In this document: piece after piece, positions 1-9,962 of the stretch
How positions within the stretch are numbered: position 1 is the first letter of the stretch
Layout of the letters: each line of letters begins with the position of its first letter
Assembly: GCA_041640595.1 (NCBI GenBank)
Contig: JBEPZY010000001.1
Coordinates: forward strand, 256,001-320,000
DNA length: 64,000 nucleotides
Direction: 5' to 3'
Source of the DNA: Gemmatales bacterium
GTDB taxonomy: Bacteria; Planctomycetota; Planctomycetia; Gemmatales; HRBIN36
Made by a program: the position numbers and the translations under genes
The notes under the pieces: generated by a model
Told to the model about the DNA's origin: nothing
The model's input: the letters and a program-made list of their open reading frames with translations, nothing else
Database searches by the model: none

Positions 1-312
1 TGCGAGGACTGTGAGCAAAACGCCAAGTTGCCCAAGCACCGAGTGTTCCGACACGCGAAGTAGTAACATGGGAAATATAGTGGCAGTAAGTCCGACGACC
101 GAGCCCATGGAAAGGTCTATACCCCCGCTAATTATGAGAATGCCTGCCCCAATGGTCAGTACGCCATAAAAACCGATGTCGCGGGCTAAATTGTAATGAG
201 CGGATCTGTAATGAGCGGATGTATCGCCGGGTGTTTCGCTCGTGAGGAGTGCTCTGGCATAGATGGCATATAGTAGTAAGAAAAACACGGAGAGGCCTAA
301 CAATTTTTTCAT
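1..312 (-). CDS. Sugar ABC transporter permease (RbsC-like), 5' part; runs off the window
   Basis: Hand translation from ATG at 312 (ATGA overlap with the ATPase stop): MKKLLGLSVFFLLLY...GILIISGGIDLSMGSVVGL, the GGIDLSxGS permease motif. Confidence 0.85.
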   Translation of the reverse strand, partial: MKKLLGLSVFFLLLYAIYARALLTSETPGDTSAHYRSAHYNLARDIGFYGVLTIGAGILIISGGIDLSMGSVVGLTATIFPMLLLRVSEHSVLGQLGVLLTVLA

Positions 313-1856
313 GGTCGTCCCTCAGCTCCCGTGGCGAGGCGTAGAATCGTTTCTTCCGACATCTGGGATCGGTCAAGTTCGCCAGCCAGTTCGCCTTGAT
401 GCATCACCAGCACACGATCGCAAAGTCCGAGAATTTCCTCGATTTCGCTGGAGACCAGCAAGATCGCTACACCCTGCCGTGCCAGGTCGTCAATTAAGGC
501 GTAAATTTCCGACTTAGCATTGACATCAATGCCGCGTGTAGGCTCGTCCAGAAGCAACCAGCGTGGGCGACGCGCCAGCCATTTGGCAAGCACTGTTTTT
601 TGCTGATTTCCACCACTTAGTAAGCCCACCGTTTGATTAACATGCGGCGTGCGAATCGCTAACTGCTTTACCAGGCGATTTGCTAAGTCATATTCGCGCT
701 GCCAGGCAATGAAGCGAAACCTGCTTAGTTGCTTTAGCGATGGAAGACTAATATTATGGCGAACAGTGTCGCTCAGGATAAGGCCGTGGGACTTGCGATC
801 TTCCGGCACTAAATAAATGCCGGCGCGAATGGCATCGTGGGGAGATCGAATAGGCACCTCCTGGTCGTCTAAATAAATGTGTCCGGCGAGCTTCGGGCGG
901 ATGCCAAAGAGCGTTTCCACCAGACGTGTGCGGCCGGAACCCATAAGCCCAGCCAGACCGACCACTTCACCGCGATAAAGCGAAAAAGCAATGGGCCTAT
1001 TCTGGCCGGGACGGATTCGCAAATCGCTCACCCGCACCAGCGCTTTGTCGTCGCGGCTGGGCGAAAATTGCCGCTGGAAAAACTGCTTCAACTCGCGGCC
1101 GACCATGAGCTGAACCATAGCTTCGTGGGCGATCTGGTTGCGTTGCAGTTCGCCGGCATTGCGACCGTCGCGGAGAACGGTAACCCGATCAGCAATCTGT
1201 TCCACTTCGCGGAGGCGATGGGAAATATAGATAATGCTGACGCCCTGACGGCTCAGGCGTCGCATAATCTCGAACAAGCACTCGGTCTCCCGCTGCGTAA
1301 GGCTGGAGGTGGGTTCGTCCATAATCAAGATGCGCGAAGCGGAGGAAAGGGCCTTGGCGATTTCGACGAGTTGTTGCTGACCTATCGGGAGAGACTTGAC
1401 GGGAGTTGTCAGTGGTACCTGCAGGCCTAATTGGCGGGTATAGAGAGCGGCATGTTTGTAAATGTCTCGGCTCAGCCAGCGCAGGGGACCGCCGCGAATC
1501 GGTTCCCGACCTAAGAAGATATTGCCGGCAATGTCCAGCTGAGGCACCAGGTTGAGTTCCTGGTGGATGAGCGCGATACCGTGTCGCTGGGCGTCCTGGA
1601 CGTTGCGAAAGCGAACCGGTCGGCCCTGGAGAAAAATTTGTCCGGCATCCGGCGTCAGGACACCGGCGAGGATTTTCATAAGCGTGGATTTGCCGGCTCC
1701 GTTTTCGCCGACCACAGCAAGGATTTCGCCAGGATACAGCCGCAGGCCAACTTCCCAGAGAGCTTGCACACCCGGAAAGGCCTTGCAAATGCCTACTGCT
1801 TCCAGGACGGGCGGAGTGGCGGTGGAATCGAATTTGCCCGCGGCGTGGACGCTCAT
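309..1856 (-). CDS. Sugar ABC transporter ATP-binding protein (RbsA-like, two ABC domains)
   Basis: GENGAGKST Walker A, IMDEPT, LSGGNQQK, LLDEPTRGID. Confidence 0.95.
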   Translation of the reverse strand: MSVHAAGKFDSTATPPVLEAVGICKAFPGVQALWEVGLRLYPGEILAVVGENGAGKSTLMKILAGVLTPDAGQIFLQGRPVRFRNVQDAQRHGIALIHQELNLVPQLDIAGNIFLGREPIRGGPLRWLSRDIYKHAALYTRQLGLQVPLTTPVKSLPIGQQQLVEIAKALSSASRILIMDEPTSSLTQRETECLFEIMRRLSRQGVSIIYISHRLREVEQIADRVTVLRDGRNAGELQRNQIAHEAMVQLMVGRELKQFFQRQFSPSRDDKALVRVSDLRIRPGQNRPIAFSLYRGEVVGLAGLMGSGRTRLVETLFGIRPKLAGHIYLDDQEVPIRSPHDAIRAGIYLVPEDRKSHGLILSDTVRHNISLPSLKQLSRFRFIAWQREYDLANRLVKQLAIRTPHVNQTVGLLSGGNQQKTVLAKWLARRPRWLLLDEPTRGIDVNAKSEIYALIDDLARQGVAILLVSSEIEEILGLCDRVLVMHQGELAGELDRSQMSEETILRLATGAEGRP

Positions 1857-2854
1857 GGTTCCCGCAGTGCCTCCAGGACGCCCTGACGGCGTTCGATGGC
1901 GTTTTGGACATCGAGGCGGCCCACGAAGATGGCGACTTTGCCGCCTTCAGGCAAAACCTTGCGGACTAACCGACCGGCCGCCCGACCGGCTTCCACATTA
2001 TTCGTGCCGACGTAGCACAAGCGTTTGCTTCCGGGCGGGAGATCGCTGTCGGCCGCGATGAAGGGAATCTTGCTGGCTATTTCATCGAAAAACGCCGCTT
2101 GATTGGCGGCATCCACGGGGCTGATGGCGACACCCTGGACGCCGCGATTGAGCAAAGTCTCCAGGATACTGCGCTGTTCTTCGGGCGTACCGCGGGCAGG
2201 GCGGTGGAATTCGTAGCGGATGTTGAATTCTTCGGCAGCCTGTTGCACGCCGCGTTCGCAAATCGTCCAGAATTCGTGCGGGTTGTTGCTGATGAAGGCC
2301 AAAAACGGCTGCGAATCCGCGGGGCTTTTAGAAGCGGCGCTGGGCTTTCTCTCTTTGATTTCGCGGAGTTGTTTGTGGAACTCTTCCACATTTTCGCGGG
2401 TGATGACTCGATGGGGGATGTAGAGGATACGGTTTTCCGGCAGCATCGCGTCCTGCTTACGGATGGTGGCGGCGAGAATCCGCATAGACTCGTAACCGAA
2501 TCGGAAGGGGTCCTGAACCACGGTGCCCACAATGTGGCCGTCTTTGATTCCCTGGAGCGTTTCCTCGTTTTCGTCGAAACCGACGATGTGCACGGTGCCG
2601 AGCTTACCGGCTTCCTTGACTGCTTGCAGTAAGGCGGGCGGATTATAGGCCCATAAGCCGACCAGACAATTGATATCGGGGTGGCGGGCGAGAACTGCTT
2701 CGGCGTTCGCTTTGCACTTATCCTGCTGGGCGTCGTCGGTAAAAGTGCCGACCAGCACGTATTTGCCGACCTGCTCGGTTTGCTGACGCACGCAGCCGAC
2801 GGCGGCTACGAGCAGGCAAAGTAATCCGCAGAACCCAAGTCGAAGCCAGGGCAT
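1853..2854 (-). CDS. Sugar ABC substrate-binding lipoprotein (RbsB-like), apparently circularly permuted
   Basis: Lipoprotein signal (LVAAVGC); VGFDE and TVVQDPFRFGY precede AFISNNPHEFW, AISPVD and YVGTNNVEAG. Confidence 0.85.
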   Translation of the reverse strand: MPWLRLGFCGLLCLLVAAVGCVRQQTEQVGKYVLVGTFTDDAQQDKCKANAEAVLARHPDINCLVGLWAYNPPALLQAVKEAGKLGTVHIVGFDENEETLQGIKDGHIVGTVVQDPFRFGYESMRILAATIRKQDAMLPENRILYIPHRVITRENVEEFHKQLREIKERKPSAASKSPADSQPFLAFISNNPHEFWTICERGVQQAAEEFNIRYEFHRPARGTPEEQRSILETLLNRGVQGVAISPVDAANQAAFFDEIASKIPFIAADSDLPPGSKRLCYVGTNNVEAGRAAGRLVRKVLPEGGKVAIFVGRLDVQNAIERRQGVLEALREP

Positions 2855-2966
2855 GAGTGAACCTCCGTTGCGAGGTTAGGAGACGCTGCTCGCCCGGGAA
2901 GGCGGCAACCGGGGCAGGGATATGTTTTAGGGGATTTTACGGGAAAAGCCGAGAGGGCCGGCCGGA

Positions 2967-4478
2967 TTACCAGCGATAACGGCGCTGGCCACGCTGCCGG
3001 AGGAAAATAGCCGCGGCGTTCAGCGATAGTAGCAGGGCAAGCAAAACCAGGCTGGCCATCGCGGCACAATAGCGCCACTCCAGCTGGGGACGCATAGCCC
3101 AGTTGTATATCTGCATGGGCAGCACCGTGAAGCGACTGAACAGGTGAGGAGTGAAGTCCAGAAACAGGAATGCGCCGAATACCACCAGCGGTGCCGCTTC
3201 ACCGACCACACGGGAAATGGCCAGAATCACGCCGGTCAGAATGTTCGGCAGCGCGTAAGGCAGAACGTGGTGGGAAATCATTTGCCAGCGGGTCGCTCCC
3301 AGAGCCAGGGCGGCATGGCGAATGGAAACAGGCACAGCCCGCAGGGCTTCCTGAGCGGAGACGATGATGACCGGCAAAGTCAGGATGGCTAGCGTGAGTC
3401 CGCCGCCCAGAGTGTTGCGATGGGCAACGCGGGCCTGTGGGCCGAACAGCCATTCCGTCAGCTGTTGCAACCATTGCACGGTAAATCGGCCGCGTTCGTC
3501 CACAATCGGCTGAAACAACAGTTCGACAAAGATGTAGGCTCCGAGAATTCCGTAAACCACCGAGGGCACGCCGGCCAGGTTGCCCAAGTTGATTTCAATG
3601 ACGCGGGCCAGCCAGGTACGGCGAGCGTACTCTTCCAGGTAAATAGCGGCGCCAACCCCGATCGGTACCGCTACCAGCAGGGTGATCATGGCCATATAGA
3701 AACTACCCACCAGCGCCGGCAAAATGCCCGTGTCTGCTGGGTCATCGCTGGGGCGAGAGGTGAGAAACCGCCACAAAGCTGCCACGGCGCTGGTGCGCTT
3801 CTGAAACTTCGCCTCCAATTCCTTACGGATTTCCTGCTGCCTTTGGTCGAGGTTTTGTTGCAGATGCTCGCGTAAAAGCTGAAAACGGACTTCCAGGTCG
3901 TGGCGGAGTTCTTTCGCCTTGCGTTCGGCCGCTGCTTTTTCCTCAGGGGATTCGGCTTGTTGCAGGAGCTGGGCGATTTGTTCCTCCAGTTGCTGACGTG
4001 CCTGGTGTTCCTCTTTCTCGAGTCGGCCAAATTCCGCCTGTCGCTCCTGGTCGAACTGGCGCAAGCGTTCAACGAAAGCGGCGTTCCTTTTCTGAATGGC
4101 GTTTTGTATGTTCTGGAACCATGTCCAGCCATCGCGGATCAGGGAAGCCAGAAACCACGCCAGCACCGCCACCGCCAGACAGGTGGCGCACGCAGTAACC
4201 GTTACAAACAGCGAAGCCCGGGAACTCCGCGACCAGTGGAGCAGATAACCCAGAAAAATACCACCGCTCAGAAACGCGCTGAGCACCAACCAGCGGAACA
4301 CACCTTGAGGCCAAATCCAGGGAGCGTTGGCCAGCGTCAGCCCGTGCAAAAAAGCCAGAATCACCGCGGCAAGCACGGGACCCAGTCCCGACCAGAGCAA
4401 CGCTGCCGGCCAGAGTTCTCGCCAGCTCAACGGGGGATCTCGCAAAGGATTGCCAGTTCGCTGAATCGAGGAAACCAT
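2967..4478 (-). CDS. pstA: Phosphate ABC transporter permease PstA with coiled-coil insertion
   Basis: GAAIYLEEY, NLAGVPSVVYG, EALRAVP..ALALGATRWQ, ISRVVGEAAP. Confidence 0.9.
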   Translation of the reverse strand: MVSSIQRTGNPLRDPPLSWRELWPAALLWSGLGPVLAAVILAFLHGLTLANAPWIWPQGVFRWLVLSAFLSGGIFLGYLLHWSRSSRASLFVTVTACATCLAVAVLAWFLASLIRDGWTWFQNIQNAIQKRNAAFVERLRQFDQERQAEFGRLEKEEHQARQQLEEQIAQLLQQAESPEEKAAAERKAKELRHDLEVRFQLLREHLQQNLDQRQQEIRKELEAKFQKRTSAVAALWRFLTSRPSDDPADTGILPALVGSFYMAMITLLVAVPIGVGAAIYLEEYARRTWLARVIEINLGNLAGVPSVVYGILGAYIFVELLFQPIVDERGRFTVQWLQQLTEWLFGPQARVAHRNTLGGGLTLAILTLPVIIVSAQEALRAVPVSIRHAALALGATRWQMISHHVLPYALPNILTGVILAISRVVGEAAPLVVFGAFLFLDFTPHLFSRFTVLPMQIYNWAMRPQLEWRYCAAMASLVLLALLLSLNAAAIFLRQRGQRRYRW

Positions 4479-4544
4479 GGGCCTGAAAGCCTCCGTAGTG
4501 CAGCGCGCGACCGGTTTGGGCGGGGGCCTTTGTTGCTCTGTGCG

Positions 4545-5636
4545 TTAGACATACACCTGCCGGTAGCGGCGAAGCACAAGCACGCCCAGCAGATTCATGG
4601 CCAGAGTGACGCAGAAAAGCACCAGAGCCAGGGCGAAAAGACTTCGGAAATGCGTACTGTTGTGCATGACATCGCCCGTAGCAATGGTGGCAATGTAACT
4701 GGTGATGGTAGCAGCGCCGACCCGCGGATCGAAAGTAAGTTGTGCTTTACCACCGCAGGCCAGGGTCACGGCCATGGTTTCACCTATGGCACGAGCGATG
4801 GACAGCAAAAACGACGCCATCACGCCGGACAAAGCGGCCGGCAATACCACACGAGTCGCGGTTTCAAAGCGATTCGCCCCCAGTGCGAACGAGGCATGCC
4901 GGAGCGCCTGCGGAACCGCTCGCAGGCTATCCTCGCTCAAACTGGTCACCATGGGCAAAATCATGATGGCCACCACGATGCCGCCACTCAGCTGATTGTT
5001 GGGATGAACGCCGGGAACGAATTGCTGCAGCAGCGGCGTGACCGTTGTCAGCGCGAAATACCCGTAAACCACGGTCGGAATCCCGGCCAGGATTTCCAGC
5101 ACCGGTTTCAGAATGGCACGCAAGCGGGGGCCGGCGTACTCGCTCAAAAATATAGCCGTGATCAGTCCGGTCGGTAAAGCCAGCAACCCAGCAAGGCCAG
5201 CCACCATCAACGTACCGACCAGCAGCGGTAACATGCCGTATTTCTCGCCGCGGAAACCCGCTGTCCATTCGGTTCCGGTCAGGAAATAGCGCACCGTTAC
5301 CGGTGAACGCTCTAGAGCAGGAAGATCGTTGAAAGTTTGCGGATAAAGCAGGGCAGTGGCTACCCACGGAAAAGTGGGGTCGGGCGGGGCCATGAATAAC
5401 GCACTGGCTCGCTGCAATGCCAGGTCGCGTTCATGCGTGTATTCGGCATCCTCGAAAAAGCGCCAGCTTTCGCCGACCAGCACGACAATGATGGCCAGCG
5501 TGATCGCCAGTGATAACGAAGCCGAACTGGCCAGCAGCAGGCGGATAAACCCTTCCCAGATACGGCGACCCACCGATACGGGTTGCCGTAACTGTAACCG
5601 CAACTCTTCCGGTAAGGTATTGGGGAAATCGGGCAT
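4545..5636 (-). CDS. pstC: Phosphate ABC transporter permease PstC
   Basis: EILAGIPTVVYGYF, SEDSLRAVP, ARAIGETMAV; start placed at MPDFP (5636), ORF is open to 5714. Confidence 0.9.
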   Translation of the reverse strand: MPDFPNTLPEELRLQLRQPVSVGRRIWEGFIRLLLASSASLSLAITLAIIVVLVGESWRFFEDAEYTHERDLALQRASALFMAPPDPTFPWVATALLYPQTFNDLPALERSPVTVRYFLTGTEWTAGFRGEKYGMLPLLVGTLMVAGLAGLLALPTGLITAIFLSEYAGPRLRAILKPVLEILAGIPTVVYGYFALTTVTPLLQQFVPGVHPNNQLSGGIVVAIMILPMVTSLSEDSLRAVPQALRHASFALGANRFETATRVVLPAALSGVMASFLLSIARAIGETMAVTLACGGKAQLTFDPRVGAATITSYIATIATGDVMHNSTHFRSLFALALVLFCVTLAMNLLGVLVLRRYRQVYV

Positions 5637-5878
5637 AGCCGTGAAGACTCCCAATGCCGCGACCTGTCTGCAACCCTGAAGTAAGCGATGTTCTCTTCGC
5701 AGCCCTGGATGCAAAGCCAGGCGACTGCAGTTTTGCGGCAGTCAGGCACTGCAATAGCGTCGGCGACAGGCACTCCGATGAATCGGAAGCCAAGCCGTCG
5801 TCAGGTTGTAGCAGACAGGCCATCTTTGGCTGAGACTGACCAAGCAGGTAGTGGGTAAGCCCGGCAGACGGGGTCGGC

Positions 5879-6448
5879 TTATTTCTTCGGAGTTTCTTTA
5901 CCGAGGTACTTATGCGTTTCGGTATCCACCCGCACCAGATCGCCAACACGTATAAACTGCGGCACCTTGATTTCCAGGCCGCAGGCTAATTTGGCGTCTT
6001 TGAGGACGTTGCTGGCGTGTCCGGAACCGGAACCTGCGCCGGTTTCGACGACCTCGTCCACAAAAGTCGGGGGAAAGACCACCTGTACCGGTTGCCCTTC
6101 CACCAGGCGAATGGGAAACTCGGCTCCCTCTTTCAGCAGCCATTTTCCTTTGCCAACGATTTCCGCCGGGACAGTAATCTGGTCGTAAGTTTCGCTGTCC
6201 ATGAAGACGTAGCCCGACTGGTCTTCGTAGAGAAACTGGAACTGGCGCGTGGCCACTTCCGGAGCTTCGACGCGATCGGTTTCGTTGAAGCTCCGCTCAA
6301 CGACATGACCGCTTCGCATGTTCCGCAACCGGACCTGCAGCACCGGTTTGCGCTGGGCTGTCTTCTGAATGTGATAGTCCTCCACTATCCAGTGGGCCCC
6401 TTCGAGCGTGATGACCGTACCTTTTTTCAACTCGGAGACGCTAATCAT
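5879..6448 (-). CDS. efp: Elongation factor P family protein with atypical loop (KTAQRKP)
   Basis: ELKKGTVI, QFLYEDQSGYVFMDSETYDQ, KDAKLACGLEIKVPQFIRVGDLVRVDTET. Confidence 0.85.
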   Translation of the reverse strand: MISVSELKKGTVITLEGAHWIVEDYHIQKTAQRKPVLQVRLRNMRSGHVVERSFNETDRVEAPEVATRQFQFLYEDQSGYVFMDSETYDQITVPAEIVGKGKWLLKEGAEFPIRLVEGQPVQVVFPPTFVDEVVETGAGSGSGHASNVLKDAKLACGLEIKVPQFIRVGDLVRVDTETHKYLGKETPKK

Positions 6449-6596
6449 GGCCAGCCCTCCTGAGAGGAACCTCTGTGGTTCATTCTAGAAAGCACCGCTC
6501 AATCCATAACTTAGGCGAGCGTGAATTTTTCGTGAAGCCGGGCTGGCAGAGGTGTCCGGAGCCAACGTAGCAGCGCCGGGCGTAATCTCGCCGGGG

Positions 6597-8012
6597 TCAC
6601 AAAAAGAAACGCCGCAACAGCAGCACGACCAGCAGACCGAAATTGAGACCGGCCAGCAGTACCAGAAGCCAGACCCATATCAGCCAGTCCTTGCGGCGAC
6701 CTCGTCCACGCAGGCCGGCAACTTCGGTCAGGGCTACGCCAGTCCCAGCGGCGGGAATGAAGTTGAGCGTGAACTGCGAACTGCCGGCCCCGCTCTGGCC
6801 ACCATCGGCCGTCGGAGCAATCACCGGCGATGCGGGTGCTGCTTGTGGTGCGGCGGGTGTTGGTGAAACCGCTGGGCGAGGCTCGCAATCCAGCAATTGC
6901 GCCTCCGGAAGCTCCTCGGCTGCGGGAACCGGTTGCGACGCCAGCAATTTCACTCGCGGCGGTTGACGCCAGGCCGCCAACCGCTGGGCTACCTCAAGCG
7001 CGCTGGCCGGGCGTTGCCGGGGGTCCTTAGCCATCATTTGCTTGACCAAATCCTCGATAGCCGGCGGAATATCGCTGCGCAGTTGTCCCAGAGGTGTCGG
7101 CTCCTCGGTTTGATGCCGCATCAGCTTCTCCAGGGGCGTCCCATCGGGAAAAGGCGGTCGTCCGGCCAGACAGAAATAGAGTGTCGCACCGAGACTGTAA
7201 ACGTCGCTGCGTGGATCGGCGTTATGACTGTCGCGGGCCTGTTCCGGAGCCATAAAATCCGGCGTTCCCATCACCGCATGCAGGCGCGTGATCTGCGTGG
7301 ATTCCAGGTGGCGGGTGGCATCGTATCGGGCCAGGCCCAGGTCGAGAATTTTGACCTGACCGTAAGTGAATTGTTGGACGCACTGACCGGGTTCCTCGCG
7401 GCGGACGATTTCGAGCATGATGTTGGACGGTTTCATGTCGCGGTGAACGACGCCGTGGCGGTGAGCGTAGTCCAGACCGATGGCCGCATGGTAAATGCAA
7501 TGGGCCGCCAGCTCGACGGGCAACGGGCCGACTTTCTTAACCAACCGCGACAGATCAATCCCGTCCACGTACTCCAGTACCAGGAAGAGCTGACCATTAT
7601 GCTCCGAGGCATCGAAAGCCCGCACGATATTGGGATGGTTGAGTTTGACCAGAGCCGCGATTTCCCGACGAAACCGTGCCAGGGCCACCGGATGCTGAGC
7701 GTAACGCGGATCGAGTATCTTTACGGCCACCGTCAGTCCGGTTGTCAAATGCTGGGCCTTGTACACCTGGGCCATGCCGCCGTGACCGATGCGGTCGAGC
7801 AAAATGTAGGGACCGATGCGAAGGTTCTGTCCCCGACCCGTCAGCAGATAGTTGGCCTGCAGAGGCGTCAGCAAACGTTCTCTCACCAGGACGCGCGCCA
7901 GTCCGAGTGCGTCCAGCTGATTGAGGTCGGGGCGACGTAACCGCTCCCTAATAGCCGGAAGCAGCGTCAGGCCTGTTTGCTGCAAGTGCAAGAGGAAATC
8001 GCGGCGATCCAT
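6597..8012 (-). CDS. Hanks-type Ser/Thr protein kinase with C-terminal TM helix
   Basis: IGHGGMAQVY, VAVK, HRDMKPSN, DLGLAR, GTPDFMAPEQ, SDVYSLG. Confidence 0.95.
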   Translation of the reverse strand: MDRRDFLLHLQQTGLTLLPAIRERLRRPDLNQLDALGLARVLVRERLLTPLQANYLLTGRGQNLRIGPYILLDRIGHGGMAQVYKAQHLTTGLTVAVKILDPRYAQHPVALARFRREIAALVKLNHPNIVRAFDASEHNGQLFLVLEYVDGIDLSRLVKKVGPLPVELAAHCIYHAAIGLDYAHRHGVVHRDMKPSNIMLEIVRREEPGQCVQQFTYGQVKILDLGLARYDATRHLESTQITRLHAVMGTPDFMAPEQARDSHNADPRSDVYSLGATLYFCLAGRPPFPDGTPLEKLMRHQTEEPTPLGQLRSDIPPAIEDLVKQMMAKDPRQRPASALEVAQRLAAWRQPPRVKLLASQPVPAAEELPEAQLLDCEPRPAVSPTPAAPQAAPASPVIAPTADGGQSGAGSSQFTLNFIPAAGTGVALTEVAGLRGRGRRKDWLIWVWLLVLLAGLNFGLLVVLLLRRFFL

Positions 8013-8015
8013 TGC

Positions 8016-8150
8016 TAGTGGTCAGTGGTTAGTGGCTAGTGGCCAGTTGCACGAGGGCTTGCCAGTGGCCAGTGGTCAGTGGTTAGTGGTCAGTTGCACG
8101 AGGATTCACTAGTGGTCGGTGATCGGTGGCTAGTGGATGGTTGCATGAGT
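8016..8150. repeat. Heptamer (YAGTGGY) tandem repeat in three ~47-bp blocks
   Basis: tagtggt cagtggt tagtggc tagtggc cagttgc acgagg, repeated three times with drift. Confidence 0.85.
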
Positions 8151-8200
8151 GGTGACTGATGGTCGGTTTAAGGGGTTTTGCGGGGGAGCGGTGGGCAGGT

Positions 8201-9655
8201 TCAGAGCGATTCGCCGGACACGGGAGCACTGGAAGTGAGGCTGGCGGCAGCGGAACTGCGGCGACCGGACAAACGCTGCCACCATTCCCGCAGGCGTTCG
8301 CGCCAGCCGGGCACGATACGGTCTTCCAGTTCGCGGAAGTTGGGACGGAGCACGACCAGAATCATGAGCGGTGCGAACCACAGCACCTGCGTGCCGCCGG
8401 CACGTCCGTACCAGAATTGCACGCCGATGGTCAACGCCGTCGTCAACACCAGCAAATGGCCGAAGTTTTTTTGTCGCGGCCAGCAAACGCTGAACACCAC
8501 CAGCACCAGATAGGCAACGAAAATCGGTACGCGATAGGCATAATGCAATTCCAGGCCCGACCAGAGTCCTTCGCCCGTGGGTCGGCGCGAGACATCCCAG
8601 GCTCGCCAGTCCGGCCAGTTCAGGACACGCTGCCATTCCTGCCATAAGGTTCCCGCTTGCCATAAGCTGATGGCGAGCGCCGCCAGAGCTATGCCCATAC
8701 CCAGAAGCAACCGGCCCAGCCCCCTGCGGTAATAATAGCTCATCCACAATGGCACCAGAAACGCCGGGAAATATGCCACGGCACAGCCCAGGCCCAGCAG
8801 CAATCCGGCCAGTAACGGTAACCGATACACCGCCAGCATCAGCACCAGCAACGTAGCCGGTACCAAATGCAGCAGGTCGGTGGCATGGTACGCCGAATAG
8901 GGCAGCAACAAATACAGCAACGCTGCCGAGGCTCCCAGAACAGCTTTGCCGAAATGACCGTAACCAATCCAGAACAGGCTCACCACGATCAAAACGTGAC
9001 AGGCGACGGTGATCCCTGCAAGCAACCGCTCAATGTCGAAAAAGCGCTCGACCACCGGCTGACTGGCGAGCACTTGCGGGGCACGCTCCAGCAAAACAGT
9101 TTCTTCCGCCGCGGGTTTGGGGGACTCGAAAACGGGCACGGCCGTGGTGACGCAGAACACCACCAGGAGCATTGCCGCCAGCCAGATTAAACCCTCGGTG
9201 GTCAGATTGGGCTGGAAGGATGAGCGACGCAAAACCACCAGATCCGCCAGACACCGCAGCAGCAGAGCAGCGCAGCCCAATAGCAGTAGCAGATAACCGC
9301 GTCGCACGGCCCGATCGGCTTGCTGAAATTGAGCCAGGGCGTGAACCGCCATACTCCAGGGCAGCGCTTCTTCGAGCAGTCCGGGTGAGCTCACCTGTAC
9401 CGTGCTGGCTTGGCTTACCGTTACCGCCAGCGTCTGGCACAACGCCGTCGTTGCTTCCTGCCGCCGGGCCTGGCATTCGCGGAGATACAAAATTCCCGGA
9501 ACGAGCAAGAAGAGTAGCAGAATATCCCAATTTTGCAGGCTAGCCAGTCGGCGGAAACGGAAAAACAGCGCCAGCGCCAGCACTAGCGACAGATAGAACC
9601 AAGTCGTGGCGCTGGGCAGGTGAAAGTCCAGGAAGATAGAACCGCCCGTGCTCAT
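8201..9655 (-). CDS. Multi-pass membrane protein of unknown function (possibly GT-C-like)
   Basis: 484-aa ORF with about 10 hydrophobic segments; no motif recognised with confidence. Confidence 0.7.
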   Translation of the reverse strand: MSTGGSIFLDFHLPSATTWFYLSLVLALALFFRFRRLASLQNWDILLLFLLVPGILYLRECQARRQEATTALCQTLAVTVSQASTVQVSSPGLLEEALPWSMAVHALAQFQQADRAVRRGYLLLLLGCAALLLRCLADLVVLRRSSFQPNLTTEGLIWLAAMLLVVFCVTTAVPVFESPKPAAEETVLLERAPQVLASQPVVERFFDIERLLAGITVACHVLIVVSLFWIGYGHFGKAVLGASAALLYLLLPYSAYHATDLLHLVPATLLVLMLAVYRLPLLAGLLLGLGCAVAYFPAFLVPLWMSYYYRRGLGRLLLGMGIALAALAISLWQAGTLWQEWQRVLNWPDWRAWDVSRRPTGEGLWSGLELHYAYRVPIFVAYLVLVVFSVCWPRQKNFGHLLVLTTALTIGVQFWYGRAGGTQVLWFAPLMILVVLRPNFRELEDRIVPGWRERLREWWQRLSGRRSSAAASLTSSAPVSGESL

Positions 9656-9962
9656 CCGGCTCCCCGCACCCTGGGTCCATCAGGTTTTAGTATAGCAACT
9701 CCATCTTAGCTGCGCCAGAACCCGAAACGGGCGGGTGAACTTTCAGAAAGGTCGGCGGTTGCTCCAGTGGTTACCCTGCATGGTGCGCTTGCCGATTGAC
9801 CGGGCGTTTTCCAGGTGCCCTGCCGCGCTGGCCCCACCAATGGCTTACCGTCATGGGGAGCGCGAGCGCCCAGCGTTTACTTTCGTCTCGGCGCGGCTTA
9901 GACTGATATTGGAAGCCGGTTACGAATCGTGCCGGTCTGCGATGGTCATTGAGGAGGCGGAT

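Noticed and set aside
192..221. 15-bp tandem duplication in the permease gene (SAHY-R-SAHY)
   Set aside because: Small in-frame slippage in a loop; no wider significance evident.
9735..9962. 76-aa N-terminal extension of the WXG100 ORF
   Set aside because: The strong RBS and family size point to ATG 9963; the extension covers the divergent promoter region.
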